NCBI GenBank assembly: GCA_944381295.1
Contig: CALWKP010000021.1
Coordinates: forward strand, 1 to 30,423
Source of the DNA: an uncultured Clostridia bacterium
GTDB taxonomy: Bacteria; Bacillota; Clostridia; Oscillospirales; Acutalibacteraceae
Length of the DNA stretch: 30,423 nt
Direction: 5' to 3'
In this document: in pieces, positions 1 to 9,687 of the stretch
Position numbering within the stretch: position 1 is the stretch's first letter
Layout of the letters: every line of letters starts with the position of its first letter
Made by a program: the position numbers and the translations under genes
Notes under the pieces: model-generated
What the model saw: only the letters and a program-made list of their open reading frames with translations
Told to the model about the DNA's origin: nothing
The model's database searches: none

Positions 1-187
1 TTACCGGCACTGCATAAGTAGAAAATTGTAGTCCTCTGCTTTCGTCAAACCCATCCGCAGCTTTGATCAATCCCAGGCATCCCGCCTGGAATAAGTCATC
101 GTATTCCATCCCGCGTGATCGGAACCGCTTTGCACAGGCATGAACCAGCCCCATATTTTCCCGGATTCTCCGTTCACGATCATCCAT
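1..187 (-). CDS. sigF: Sporulation sigma factor SigF (SpoIIAC), 5' part; truncated by the window edge
   Basis: Manual translation from ATG at 187 gives MDDRERRIRENMGLVHACAKRFRSRGMEYDDLFQAGCLGLIKAADGFDESRGLQFSTYAVPV, a sigma-70 region 2 sequence. It overlaps the spoIIAB stop. Not in the ORF track. Confidence 0.92.
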   Translation of the reverse strand, partial: MDDRERRIRENMGLVHACAKRFRSRGMEYDDLFQAGCLGLIKAADGFDESRGLQFSTYAVPV

Positions 188-623
188 TGGCAACCGGCCG
201 CCGTTCCAGCCTCTTACGCAGCGTCACAGAAGTTCCTTTCCCCGGATTGGATTTCACACGCACTTCGTCCATAAAGCTCTGCATCACTGCAAATCCAAGA
301 CCTGCACGTTCATCGCCGCCTGTTGTGTACATTGGTTCCATCGCTTTTTCCACATCTTCTATTCCACAGCCTTGATCGCGTACTTTTATAGATACCACTC
401 CGTCATTCCATAATTTTGCCGTTATGTAGATGATTCCTATGGTATCCCGGTATGCATGTACGATACAATTGGTCACTGCCTCTGAAACAGCGGTCTTAAT
501 ATCTGCCAATTCACTGACGGTTGGGTCTTCCTGCGCTAAAAATGCCGCTACGGTTGCCCTTGCAAAGCCTTCATTCGCAGAACAGCTCAGAAAAGAAACC
601 CTCATTTCATTCTTCGGTTTCAT
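180..623 (-). CDS. spoIIAB: Anti-sigma F factor / Ser kinase SpoIIAB
   Basis: NEGFARATVAAF, KTAVSEAVTNCIVHAY, DQGCGIEDVEKAMEPMYTT and RAGLGFAVM GHKL motifs; located between spoIIAA and sigF. Confidence 0.96.
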   Translation of the reverse strand: MKPKNEMRVSFLSCSANEGFARATVAAFLAQEDPTVSELADIKTAVSEAVTNCIVHAYRDTIGIIYITAKLWNDGVVSIKVRDQGCGIEDVEKAMEPMYTTGGDERAGLGFAVMQSFMDEVRVKSNPGKGTSVTLRKRLERRPVANG

Positions 624-942
624 GCGAAACCACTCCCCTTTCTACCTTTGCCAGTTTGTCCAATCCTGCGAGCGATACAATGCGTTCCACTTTTTCCGGC
701 ATATTCGCTACTACAACACGTCCTCCTAACGCCTGCATCAGTTTATATCGCCCCATAATCAGCCCTATTCCGGAACTGTCCATAAACTGCACCTCGGAAA
801 AATCCAGGACCAGACGTTCTGGCCTCATTTTTTCTACCGTCCCATCAATTTCTTCTCGCATTTCCTTGGCTGTGTGATGATCGATTTCTCCGCTGAGCAG
901 CCCTGTCAGCGTCCCGTCTTTCCAGATCAGCCGGATGCCCAT
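607..942 (-). CDS. spoIIAA: Anti-anti-sigma factor SpoIIAA (STAS domain)
   Basis: LSGEIDHH and FMDSSGIGLIMGRYK motifs; operon context. Confidence 0.96.
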   Translation of the reverse strand: MGIRLIWKDGTLTGLLSGEIDHHTAKEMREEIDGTVEKMRPERLVLDFSEVQFMDSSGIGLIMGRYKLMQALGGRVVVANMPEKVERIVSLAGLDKLAKVERGVVSHETEE

Positions 943-1038
943 CGCAATCCCTCCGAATTTTGTAGATTTCTGACGTTTTTAGTATCCCCGTCAAATCAGG
1001 AACTATCCCTCCGATAAGCCTATTTTTCCAATTTTTTC

Positions 1039-1080
1039 AAAAAAACACCCTCTATCCCTTACAATAAAGGATAGAGGGTG
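1039..1080 (-). terminator. Rho-independent terminator after folC
   Basis: 12-bp stem CACCCTCTATCC (1046-1057) / GGATAGAGGGTG (1069-1080), followed by T7 on the minus strand. Confidence 0.85.
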
Positions 1081-1107
1081 AAATAATGCTCGAAACCCGC
1101 CGCGATT

Positions 1108-2406
1108 CTATTTTTGTTTCGTATTCGAGAATTTTTTCAGAACGAGTGGACGAAGCTCTCCTGCCAGATAAAACGATCCGCAAATGATGATCGCTCCATC
1201 TTCACCACACAGCTCTGCCGCTGTCTGCAATGCCGCCTCCTGATCGTCCATGGCACGTACATCGCCGCAAAATTCATCCGCAACCGCTTTCAATTCTTCA
1301 CTGGAAAGGGAACGCGGGTTTTCTGGCCGCAGGGTGATCATTGCCGAAAATAGCGGTGCTAAACTTGCTAGGGCTGTCCGGCTATCTTTATCCGACATCA
1401 TTCCCATTACACCAATCAGCTGGTGCCCCGACAGATAAGTTTTCAAAACATTCGCCAAAGCCTGCGCACATCCAGGATTATGTCCGCCATCCATCAGGAC
1501 TAACGGCTTTCTGCTCAGGATTTCCATGCGTGCAGGAAGCTTTGCTCCTGCAAAGCCACGTTCCACAGCGCTCCAAGGAATCTTTGCGCCTTTTTCCTGC
1601 AAAACTTCCAATGCCGCAAGCGCTGTCGCCGCATTTTTTTCCTGGTGCTTCCCTATAAATGGTAAACGAAGTTCCTTTCCGTCGTATTCCAGGATACTCC
1701 CTTCCAGAGACGCCTGTTTCTCTCGGATACGGTTCAAATCTGCTGTTAGAAACCTGGCTCCTCGTTCTTCTGCAATGCCTTCTACAGTGCGAAACACCTC
1801 TGGGCTTTGCTCCGGGTACAACACGATTGTGCCGCCCGGCTTGATGATCCCGCATTTTTCAAACGCAATCTTTTCTAGAGTATCTCCCAAAATTGCTGTG
1901 TGATCTAACGAAATAGAAGTGATCACCGCCACCTCCGGAGTTCTGATCACGTTTGTTGCGTCGAACCTTCCGCCGAGACCTACTTCTAACACCACATAAT
2001 CGCAGTGGCACTCTGCAAACCAGGAAAGTGCCAACGCAGTAATCAGCTCAAATTCTGTGACCGTTTCTCCGCGCTCTTCCATTTTCCTGACCGCTGGCAG
2101 CACTTTTTCCAACTGTTCTACCAGGGATTCTTTAGAAATCATTTCCCCGTTTATCTGAAAACGTTCCCGAAAATCACTTACGTACGGTGAAGTATACAAC
2201 CCGGTACGATATCCTGCCTCTTTCAGCGTGGACGCAATCAGGGTAGAAGTCGTCCCCTTTCCATTGGTACCGGCCACATGGATAAACCGCAGCCGGTTCT
2301 GTGGGTCGCCCAACTCTTGAAGCAACCCCTGCACCCGTTCCAGACCCGGCTTGATTCCAAAACGCAGCAATGAATTAATTGTATCTAACGCTTCCGAATA
2401 CGTCAA
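1108..2406 (-). CDS. folC: Bifunctional folylpolyglutamate synthase / dihydrofolate synthase
   Basis: IHVAGTNGKGTT, GLYTSPY, LEVGLGGRFDATN and DGGHNP motifs. Start placed at TTG 2406 behind GAGGTG (the ORF track extends to 2442). Confidence 0.95.
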   Translation of the reverse strand: MTYSEALDTINSLLRFGIKPGLERVQGLLQELGDPQNRLRFIHVAGTNGKGTTSTLIASTLKEAGYRTGLYTSPYVSDFRERFQINGEMISKESLVEQLEKVLPAVRKMEERGETVTEFELITALALSWFAECHCDYVVLEVGLGGRFDATNVIRTPEVAVITSISLDHTAILGDTLEKIAFEKCGIIKPGGTIVLYPEQSPEVFRTVEGIAEERGARFLTADLNRIREKQASLEGSILEYDGKELRLPFIGKHQEKNAATALAALEVLQEKGAKIPWSAVERGFAGAKLPARMEILSRKPLVLMDGGHNPGCAQALANVLKTYLSGHQLIGVMGMMSDKDSRTALASLAPLFSAMITLRPENPRSLSSEELKAVADEFCGDVRAMDDQEAALQTAAELCGEDGAIIICGSFYLAGELRPLVLKKFSNTKQK

Positions 2407-2427
2407 AATTTCCACCTCACTGCAAAT

Positions 2428-2466
2428 GGCAGGGACTTCCAACGGCTTTGCCGGGAAGTCCCTGCC
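2428..2466. other. Intercistronic stem-loop between valS and folC
   Basis: GGCAGGGACTTCC-AA-CGGC-TTT-GCCG-GGAAGTCCCTGCC: 13-bp plus 4-bp stem with only a weak U tract. Confidence 0.7.
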
Positions 2467-2490
2467 TGCATAATCCTATGATTTCTCCGA

Positions 2491-5118
2491 TCAGGCATTT
2501 AATGCTTCGATCGATGATTCCAACAACTTGACCCGTTCTGTCAGCTTGGCAACATTCTGTTTTGCCCCTTCAACGATGTTCGCCGGAGCTTTGCTGATAA
2601 AGCTTTCATTATTCAACTTAGCTTGTGCGCCTACCAATTGTTTGCGTGCGCTTTCCAGCTCTTTATTCAGCCTTGCCAGCTCTGCCTGCTTATCCACCAA
2701 TTCTTCCATCGGGATATAAATCTTCGCCGCGCTCGTGACAATCGTTACTGCACCGGGAACTTCAAAAGCATCTCCAATCTCGATCTCGCTTGCATAAGCC
2801 AGCTTTGCAATAATGGCAGAGCCTTTCTGGAATGTCTCGGGAACTGCAGTCGCTACATACAGGCTCGCTTTTCTTGACGGCGGCACATTCATTTCCGCCC
2901 TGCGGTTACGCACTGCACGAATCGCTTCCATAATCAGGCGCATCTCTTCTTCTGCTTTGGGGAAATCATGTTCCGCTGTTGCCTGCGGCCACGGCGAAAC
3001 CATGATCGATTCTCCACTGTGCGGCAGAGACTGCCAGATTTCTTCTGTAATAAACGGCATAAACGGATGCAACAATTGAAGCGTCCCGGTCATCACCCAT
3101 ACCAGAATCGGACGGGCATTCTGAGCAGTCGTTTCATCGCCCGACTGCATACGGATTTTCGCGATTTCAATATACCAGTCAAAGAAATGATCCCACAGGA
3201 AATCGTACAGCTTCTGCACCGCCATACCAAGTTCAAATTTCTCCAGGTTATCCGTTACAGCTTTTGCCACACCATTAAATTCGCTGATAATCCAACGGTC
3301 CTCCAGCAAAAGGTCATCCGGCAATTCATTCTTGACGTCATGGCCTTCGATATTCATCAGGATAAACCGCGCAGCGTTCCAAATCTTATTGGCAAAATTC
3401 CGGCTTGCACTCACTTTTTCATCCGAGAACCGCATATCGTTTCCAGGACTATTCCCCGTTGCCAGTGTAAACCGCAGCGCATCCGCGCCGTATTTCTCGA
3501 TGATTTCCAGCGGGTCGATGCCATTGCCCAGAGATTTCGACATCTTTCTTCCCTGTGCGTCACGCACCAGACCATGAATCAGAACATTCTGGAACGGCGG
3601 CTGCCCCATATGCTCAAATCCTGAGAAAATCATCCGGGCAACCCAGAAGAAAATAATATCATACCCAGTTACCAGGGTACTGGTGGGATAGAAATAATCC
3701 AGTTCCGGGGTCTTATCCGGCCAGCCAAGTGTCGAGAATGGCCAGAGCGCTGACGAGAACCACGTATCCAGCGTATCTTCATCCTGATGCAGATGGCTGC
3801 TGCCGCATTTCGGACAGGTATGCGGTTCTTCGCGGGAAACAATCGTTTCTCCGCAATCCTCACAATACCATGCCGGGATGCGGTGGCCCCACCACAGCTG
3901 ACGTGAAATACACCAGTCTTTAATATTTTCCATCCAATGGAAATAAATCTTTTCAAACCTCTCCGGAATAAAATGGACTTCCCCGTCGCGCACCCGATCA
4001 ATAGCTGGTTTTGCCAGAGGTTCCATCTTGACAAACCACTGTTTTGATACCCGTGGTTCAACGGTTGTTCCGCAGCGATAGCAGCTTCCCACATTATGCT
4101 TGATATCTTCTACCTTAATCAGATAGCCTTGTTCTTCCAGATCTGCGACAATACGGCGGCGTGCCTCCAATCCCGGAAGTCCACTATATTTTCCGCCGTT
4201 TTCATTGATGCTGCCATCCTCGTTCATCACATTGATGACCGGCAGATTATGCCGCAGGCCAACTTCAAAGTCGTTGGGATCATGCGCCGGTGTGATTTTT
4301 ACCACGCCAGTCCCGAAGTCCTGTTCCACATACGTATCCGCAACAATCGGAATCTCCCTGCCTACCAGCGGAAGCGTCACGGTCTTGCCGATATATTTCT
4401 GATAGCGTTCATCATCCGGATGCACTGCGACCGCCGTATCTCCCAACATGGTTTCCGGACGGGTCGTCGCCAACTCAATAGATCCGCTGCCATCTGTCAA
4501 CGGATAGCGCAGATGCCAGAAATGTCCATCATGCTCGCTGAATTCTACTTCCGCATCTGAAATAGAAGTCTTGCAGTGCGGGCACCAGTTGATAATCCGT
4601 TCCCCGCGATAGATCAGCCCTTTTTCATACAGGCGCACAAACACTTCCCGTACCGCACGGGAACATCCTTCATCCATCGTAAACCGTTCCCGGTCCCAAT
4701 CGCAGGAGGAACCCATCTTTTTCAGCTGGCTGACAATCCTTCCGCCGAATTTCTCTTTCCAATCCCAGGCACGCTCTAAAAACGCTTCGCGCCCAATTCC
4801 TTCTTTCGTCAGGCCCTCTTTGCGCATCGCTTCCATGATCTTTGCTTCTGTCGCAATCGATGCGTGGTCGGTACCCGGCACCCACAACGTGCAATACCCC
4901 TGCATTCTTCTCCAACGAATTAAGATATCCTGCAAAGTATTATCCAGCGCATGACCCATATGCAGCTGTCCCGTAATATTTGGCGGCGGGATCACAATGG
5001 TATACGGTTTCTTTTCCGGTTCTACTTCCGCATGGAAATAGCCGCCTTTCAGCCAAAAATCATAGATCCGGTCTTCCACTTCGCCCGGTTCATATGCTTT
5101 CGCGAGTTCCTTGCTCAT
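2491..5118 (-). CDS. valS: Valine--tRNA ligase
   Basis: [14 protein letters not shown] (HIGH), KMSKSLGN (KMSKS), [14 protein letters not shown] and C-terminal coiled coil; the valS-folC order is typical of Firmicutes. Confidence 0.98.
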   Translation of the reverse strand: MSKELAKAYEPGEVEDRIYDFWLKGGYFHAEVEPEKKPYTIVIPPPNITGQLHMGHALDNTLQDILIRWRRMQGYCTLWVPGTDHASIATEAKIMEAMRKEGLTKEGIGREAFLERAWDWKEKFGGRIVSQLKKMGSSCDWDRERFTMDEGCSRAVREVFVRLYEKGLIYRGERIINWCPHCKTSISDAEVEFSEHDGHFWHLRYPLTDGSGSIELATTRPETMLGDTAVAVHPDDERYQKYIGKTVTLPLVGREIPIVADTYVEQDFGTGVVKITPAHDPNDFEVGLRHNLPVINVMNEDGSINENGGKYSGLPGLEARRRIVADLEEQGYLIKVEDIKHNVGSCYRCGTTVEPRVSKQWFVKMEPLAKPAIDRVRDGEVHFIPERFEKIYFHWMENIKDWCISRQLWWGHRIPAWYCEDCGETIVSREEPHTCPKCGSSHLHQDEDTLDTWFSSALWPFSTLGWPDKTPELDYFYPTSTLVTGYDIIFFWVARMIFSGFEHMGQPPFQNVLIHGLVRDAQGRKMSKSLGNGIDPLEIIEKYGADALRFTLATGNSPGNDMRFSDEKVSASRNFANKIWNAARFILMNIEGHDVKNELPDDLLLEDRWIISEFNGVAKAVTDNLEKFELGMAVQKLYDFLWDHFFDWYIEIAKIRMQSGDETTAQNARPILVWVMTGTLQLLHPFMPFITEEIWQSLPHSGESIMVSPWPQATAEHDFPKAEEEMRLIMEAIRAVRNRRAEMNVPPSRKASLYVATAVPETFQKGSAIIAKLAYASEIEIGDAFEVPGAVTIVTSAAKIYIPMEELVDKQAELARLNKELESARKQLVGAQAKLNNESFISKAPANIVEGAKQNVAKLTERVKLLESSIEALNA

Positions 5119-5208
5119 TCACGTTCCCCCTCGGTATTTCAAAAGAATTTCTTTCTTCCTATCTTCTTATCATGCCGTACTATTTCATCAGAAAACGACA
5201 TTGCATTC

Positions 5209-5237
5209 ATTATCCCATTCCTTGCCGTCTTTGTCAA
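5209..5237 (-). promoter_or_regulatory. SigA-type promoter of valS
   Basis: Minus strand TTGACA-17 nt-GATAAT with an extended TG. Confidence 0.7.
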
Positions 5238-5269
5238 TCGTTTGCGCCCGATTTCCAGCGGTTTTTCCG

Positions 5270-5767
5270 TCAGTTAGACACCAATCCTACCGCTGCGGCG
5301 CCGCTCATCACAAACAGGTCAATAATCACTGCAATCGATAAACATGCCGCTATATCTTTTTCCCGCGTTACCGTCACTGCAAAACAGTTTCCTTTCCTTC
5401 CCCAACATCCTCCATGAGTCATCAGGACGGTTCCATCCACATCCACAATATCAAATGTCCGTGTGTTCAAATCTCCACGAAATTTCCATGGTACTCCGCT
5501 GAGCCGGAACACCGGCTTCCTTCCCATGCCCGAAAACAATACTGCAACACGTTCCCGGCCTTCGATCAGAACGCTGTACCGCGATAATTCCGGTGTCCCA
5601 ATCCTCACGATCTTCGCAGAGCATTCCTTTACTGGTCCCAACAAGATAAGTTTGCTGAAAAAGGTCCCTTTATCCCCGCTTACTCGCCAGGTATCACTAC
5701 TATCTGCTGATTCTATCAGAAATAATTCTTCCGGCATCCCGCAAGGTTTGATATAAAATTCCACCAC
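5270..5767 (-). CDS. LURP-one / scramblase-like (tubby C-terminal-like) protein
   Basis: 165 aa with AGGAGG RBS and GTG start. The pattern WKFRGDLNTRTFDIVDVDG...W...FAVTV...LSIAVIID resembles LURP-one-related proteins; the assignment is by eye. Confidence 0.55.
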   Translation of the reverse strand: MVEFYIKPCGMPEELFLIESADSSDTWRVSGDKGTFFSKLILLGPVKECSAKIVRIGTPELSRYSVLIEGRERVAVLFSGMGRKPVFRLSGVPWKFRGDLNTRTFDIVDVDGTVLMTHGGCWGRKGNCFAVTVTREKDIAACLSIAVIIDLFVMSGAAAVGLVSN

Positions 5768-5930
5768 CGTCCTCCTTTCTCGGAATTCAGAATATCACCT
5801 GCAATCACGAAAATTTCTATTCATGAAATCATATGCACATTTCTTTCCCAAAATTATCTTTCCCGCTTTTCCCTCAGGACAACCAACTTACCAAAACTCT
5901 TTTCCTCCAAAAACAATCCTTCCGGAATGG

Positions 5931-5965
5931 AAAAGCCCCCGGCTTCCCATTTGGGAAATCCGGGG
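5931..5965 (-). terminator. Terminator after the Na/Pi cotransporter
   Basis: Bulged stem CCCCGG-C-TTCCCA / TGGGAA-AT-CCGGGG followed by TTTT on the minus strand, just after the restored stop at 5974. Confidence 0.65.
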
Positions 5966-5973
5966 ACATTCTG

Positions 5974-7624
5974 TTATCCGATCATTGCTGCGGCCTTTTT
6001 CTTGGCCTGTCCATCTTTCAACGCAAATGCGACATTGATTGAATGGTCGCCCACACGTTCCAAATTGGTGAGCAAATCGCTATACAGCGTCCCCGCTTTC
6101 GGCGAACACAATCCTTTATTCAAACGCGCAATATGGCTTATCCTTTAATTCTTCTGTACGTTCGTCAATCAGCTCTTCAATCCGGTTGATCCGTTCCGCA
6201 AGCTCTGGATCTTTTCCTCTTTTTTCAAACAAACTGCATGCGTCTTCCAACAATGAAGATACCATTTTTTTCAGATCTTCCAGTTCCGCTTTTGCATCTG
6301 CACTCAATTCAATTTTGCTTTTTTCCAAAGCTTGCGCGATTTCTCCGATATTAATGCCATGATCGCCAATCCTCTCAAAATCGCTCACTACATGGAACAT
6401 GCTTCCCAAAAGTTCCCGATCCTTATCCTCAATATCCAGCGCATTGATCTTGACCAGATATTCGGTAATCCCGGCGTTCAGAAAATCTAAAACATTTTCA
6501 TTCTTTTCCAGTTTATCCATCATGGTTTCATCTTTTTTCAGGAGCATGTCCATTGCCTGCGAAAAACTTTTCCGCGCAATTTCAGACATTCTGGAAACTT
6601 CCTTTGTTACTTGCCCTACTGCAATCGGCGGAGTGCTCAGAATACGCGAATCCAGATACTGGAAACTCATCTCCTCACGTTCTTCCTCCTTGCCAGGCAC
6701 AACTTTACATGCCAAAGCAACCAGATAATTGCTCAACGGCAACAGAATCGCTGTGCATACCACATTGAAGCAAATATGCACTGCGGAAATCTGCATCATG
6801 GTATCGCCTGGGAAAATTGCCTCAATCCACTCGGTAAAGGGAAGCAACAAGGTGATGATGACAAACAAAATTGTTCCGATCACGTTAAACAGCAAATGGA
6901 CAACTGCAGTCCGTTTTGCGGTACGGGAAGTTCCCACACACGCCAGCAAAGCAGTCACACATGTACCGATATTCTGACCATAAACTACAAATACTGCAGA
7001 TCCCAATCCAATAGCGCCCTGGCCTGCAAGCGCCTGAAGCACGCCGACGGATGCCGACGAACTTTGAATGACCGCCGTAAAAACAAGACCGACCAAGACA
7101 CCAAGCAGAGGGTTGGAAAACTTCGTCATCAAACCGGTGAACGTCGGGTCATCAGCCAAAGGTTTCATAGAATCACTCATCACGGTCATGCCAAAGAAGA
7201 GGATTCCAAATCCGATAATGATTTGCCCGATATGTTTATGATAAGCTTTTTTCATAAACATCATAATCACGACACCTAAGAAGATCGCGATTGGAGCAAG
7301 ACTATTCAATTTCAAGGCGATCATTAAACCTGTAACAGTAGTACCTATATTCGCGCCCATAATGACGCCGACCGCTTGTGCAAGGTTCATCAACCCCGCG
7401 TTTACAAATCCTACCGCCATGACCGTAGTCGCTGAAGAACTCTGGATAATTGCTGTGACGACCAAACCTACAAGGGCACCCATATACTTGTTCGTCGTGA
7501 GCTTTTCCACCATGGACTTCAATCGCGCTCCCGCAGCCATTTCCAGACCGTCGCCCATCAGTTTCATACCGAACAAAAACAGTCCCAGGCCGCACAGCAG
7601 CATCATAACATTGGATAGATCCAT
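5974..7624 (-). pseudogene. Na/Pi cotransporter family protein with PhoU-like C-terminus; +1 frameshift at about 6135 (real or assembly error)
   Basis: GLGLFLFGMKLM and two QSSSA motifs. The ORF stops at 6116, but another frame continues HIARLNKGLCSPKAGTLYSDLLTNLERVGDHSINVAFALKDGQAKKKAAAMIG to TAA at 5974-5976. Length 1651 = 3n+1. Confidence 0.85.
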
Positions 7625-7874
7625 ATAACCCCTCCGCTACTCAGTTTTTTATATTGACTATGGATCATTGAGAAAGCCGCCTGCCGATATCTCGATTGAC
7701 AGATTTTAATACACTATAAAATATACCCTATTTTTTACCATTTTATTTTCTTTTTTAGAAAATTTCCTGATTTTTTACTATTTGTACGAAAAAACACAAA
7801 ATTCTACACAAGAAAGATTCTCTTAATATATGAGCAGCTATATTTTTTATATTATAGACTTTTTTCTCTTTCCT

Positions 7875-7903
7875 TTGCCTCTTTTCCTTCTTTGTGGTAT
7901 CAT
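7875..7903 (+). promoter_or_regulatory. SigA-type promoter of the DUF3810 gene
   Basis: TTGCCT-17 nt-TATCAT with an extended TG. Confidence 0.55.
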
Positions 7904-7968
7904 ATTTTAATATTGTTATCTTTTCCATTGTTTCTCTTGGTTATGTCTTTCTGAAAGGAGTTCTTTTC

Positions 7969-9057
7969 ATGAAATCTCTCAAACGCAAGTGGCTGCTTTT
8001 CTTTCTCCCTGCTGCTATCCTTTTAACCGTTCTTTCCTCCGCTTCTTCATCTTTCAGCGAATGGTACGCTACCACTCTTTACCGTTGGCTGTCTTTAGGA
8101 ATCAATACGATTACCTCTCTTTTTCCTTTTTCTCTCGCCGAATTTCTCGTACCACTTGCAATCTTATCTTTCCTCGCTTACCTCATCTTAGCCATTATTC
8201 GGTGTATCCGTTTTCCAGAATTTCGAAAACGTCAAATTCAAAAATTATTCCTTAACATTTCCATTGTGATCAGTATTTTATTTTTTTCCTTCACCGTATG
8301 CTGCGGGATCAATTATTCCCGTCTTACTTTTGCCGACGTCTGCGGATTGGAGGTCCGGGATTCTTCTCAGGAGGAATTAGCTGCTCTCTGTACCGAGCTG
8401 GCCGGCACGGTAAATCTTCTGAGGGAACAAGTTGCTGAAGATGAAAACGGCATCATGATATTGAGTCAGGACTTATCCCAGACTGCATCATACGCCCGCG
8501 ATGCTTTTAATCTCTTGGAAAAAGATTATCCTACTCTAACCGGAGGATATGGTATTCCAAAACAGGTCCTCTGTTCCCGTCTAATGTCTGAATGTAATAT
8601 TACCGGAATTTTCTTTCCTTTTACCTTTGAAGCAAATGTCAATACCGATGCACCAGATTATTCCATTCCGGCCACCATGTGTCATGAACTTACCCATCTG
8701 CGCGGATACATGCGGGAAGATGAAGCAAACTTTATCGCATATCTCGCTTCCCGAGAAAGCAGTTCTCCCGACCTGCGGTATTCTGGGGCAATGTTGGCGT
8801 TTGTCTACGCAAACAATGCGCTCTATGCAGCAAATCCCGAACTCGGCAGTGCAACTTATCAATTGTTGTGTGAAGGTGCTCAACGTGACTTTGCCTATAA
8901 CAATGCCTACTGGGATCAATTCAAAGGTCCTGTATCAGAAATTGCCACTCAGGTAAACGATACCTATTTAAAGGCAAACCGTCAGGAAGACGGTGTAAAA
9001 AGTTATGGGCGCATGGTGGATCTTCTGCTCGCAGATTACCGGAAGCAGAATTCCTAA
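7969..9057 (+). CDS. DUF3810 family membrane protein (putative zincin metallopeptidase)
   Basis: N-terminal hydrophobic helices, GINYSR, FPFTFEANVN and CHELTHLRGYMREDEANF (HExxH...E). Start at ATG 7969 behind AAAGGAG. Confidence 0.85.
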   Translation: MKSLKRKWLLFFLPAAILLTVLSSASSSFSEWYATTLYRWLSLGINTITSLFPFSLAEFLVPLAILSFLAYLILAIIRCIRFPEFRKRQIQKLFLNISIVISILFFSFTVCCGINYSRLTFADVCGLEVRDSSQEELAALCTELAGTVNLLREQVAEDENGIMILSQDLSQTASYARDAFNLLEKDYPTLTGGYGIPKQVLCSRLMSECNITGIFFPFTFEANVNTDAPDYSIPATMCHELTHLRGYMREDEANFIAYLASRESSSPDLRYSGAMLAFVYANNALYAANPELGSATYQLLCEGAQRDFAYNNAYWDQFKGPVSEIATQVNDTYLKANRQEDGVKSYGRMVDLLLADYRKQNS

Positions 9058-9158
9058 AGCCGTGGAATCTAACTACAACCATGGAAAAACGTTTTCCTCC
9101 TTATGAAATAGAGCAGACGGAAAACATGTCTCCTGTAAACAAAAATGTCTGAAAAAAT

Positions 9159-9233
9159 AGCAGAACCCGACGGTCCTGTCAACGATGAAATGAACGGCTG
9201 ATGCCGTCATTGACAGGATCGTCGGGTTCTGCT
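9159..9233. repeat. Long inverted repeat with inner hairpin
   Basis: AGCAGAACCCGACGGTCCTGTCAA (9159-9182) pairs with 9210-9233 at 23/24; inner stem ACGGC-TGAT-GCCGT. Confidence 0.85.
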
Positions 9234-9245
9234 GAATAAACAATC

Positions 9246-9280
9246 AGGAGGGCAAAAGCAAAAAATGCTTTTGCCCTCCT
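9246..9280. terminator. Perfect 15-bp hairpin, likely terminator between convergent genes
   Basis: AGGAGGGCAAAAGCA-AAAAA-TGCTTTTGCCCTCCT. Confidence 0.65.
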
Positions 9281-9413
9281 CTATGATGAAAGCACGAAAC
9301 AATAGGAAGTTTCCCCAAAAATCTTTCGCTGATAAAAAGCATAGTCTTCCAGACAACGTTCAAATTACGTACATAGCAACCCGCGCTTTTGATCTTCACA
9401 GTTTCTCAGAAGG

Positions 9414-9578
9414 TTAAGCCACATTCCACACAATCCATCCCACCACGCCCAGACATACCAGGATGACCATGCATATAATCAAGATTCTCACCGGTTTCGA
9501 AAGACGTTTGAAACCAATTTCCGAAAATATTTCTATCACCGACGAAAGCATTTCCAAAATATCCCCCAGGATGTCCAT
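9414..9578 (-). CDS. Small 54-aa membrane protein, hypothetical
   Basis: Manual translation MDILGDILEMLSSVIEIFSEIGFKRLSKPVRILIICMVILVCLGVVGWIVWNVA; AGAGGGG-like RBS; one clear TM helix. Below the ORF track cut-off. Confidence 0.6.
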   Translation of the reverse strand: MDILGDILEMLSSVIEIFSEIGFKRLSKPVRILIICMVILVCLGVVGWIVWNVA

Positions 9579-9687
9579 GCCTTTTCCCCTCTATTGAAGC
9601 TTATCGCGCTTTCTGGCGAGAACCCCTTGAGAATATCTGCCAGACGCTCATTTCAAAAGATACCTTTCTTTTGCACTTATCCCATTT

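Noticed and set aside
943-1020. SigH promoter and Spo0A boxes for spoIIA
   Set aside because: Expected from biology, but candidate GGGA/GAAAT spacing is 14 rather than about 17 and there is no exact TGNCGAA.
6110-6150. Programmed ribosomal frameshift in the Na/Pi gene
   Set aside because: No slippery sequence or stimulatory structure; an indel is the simpler explanation.
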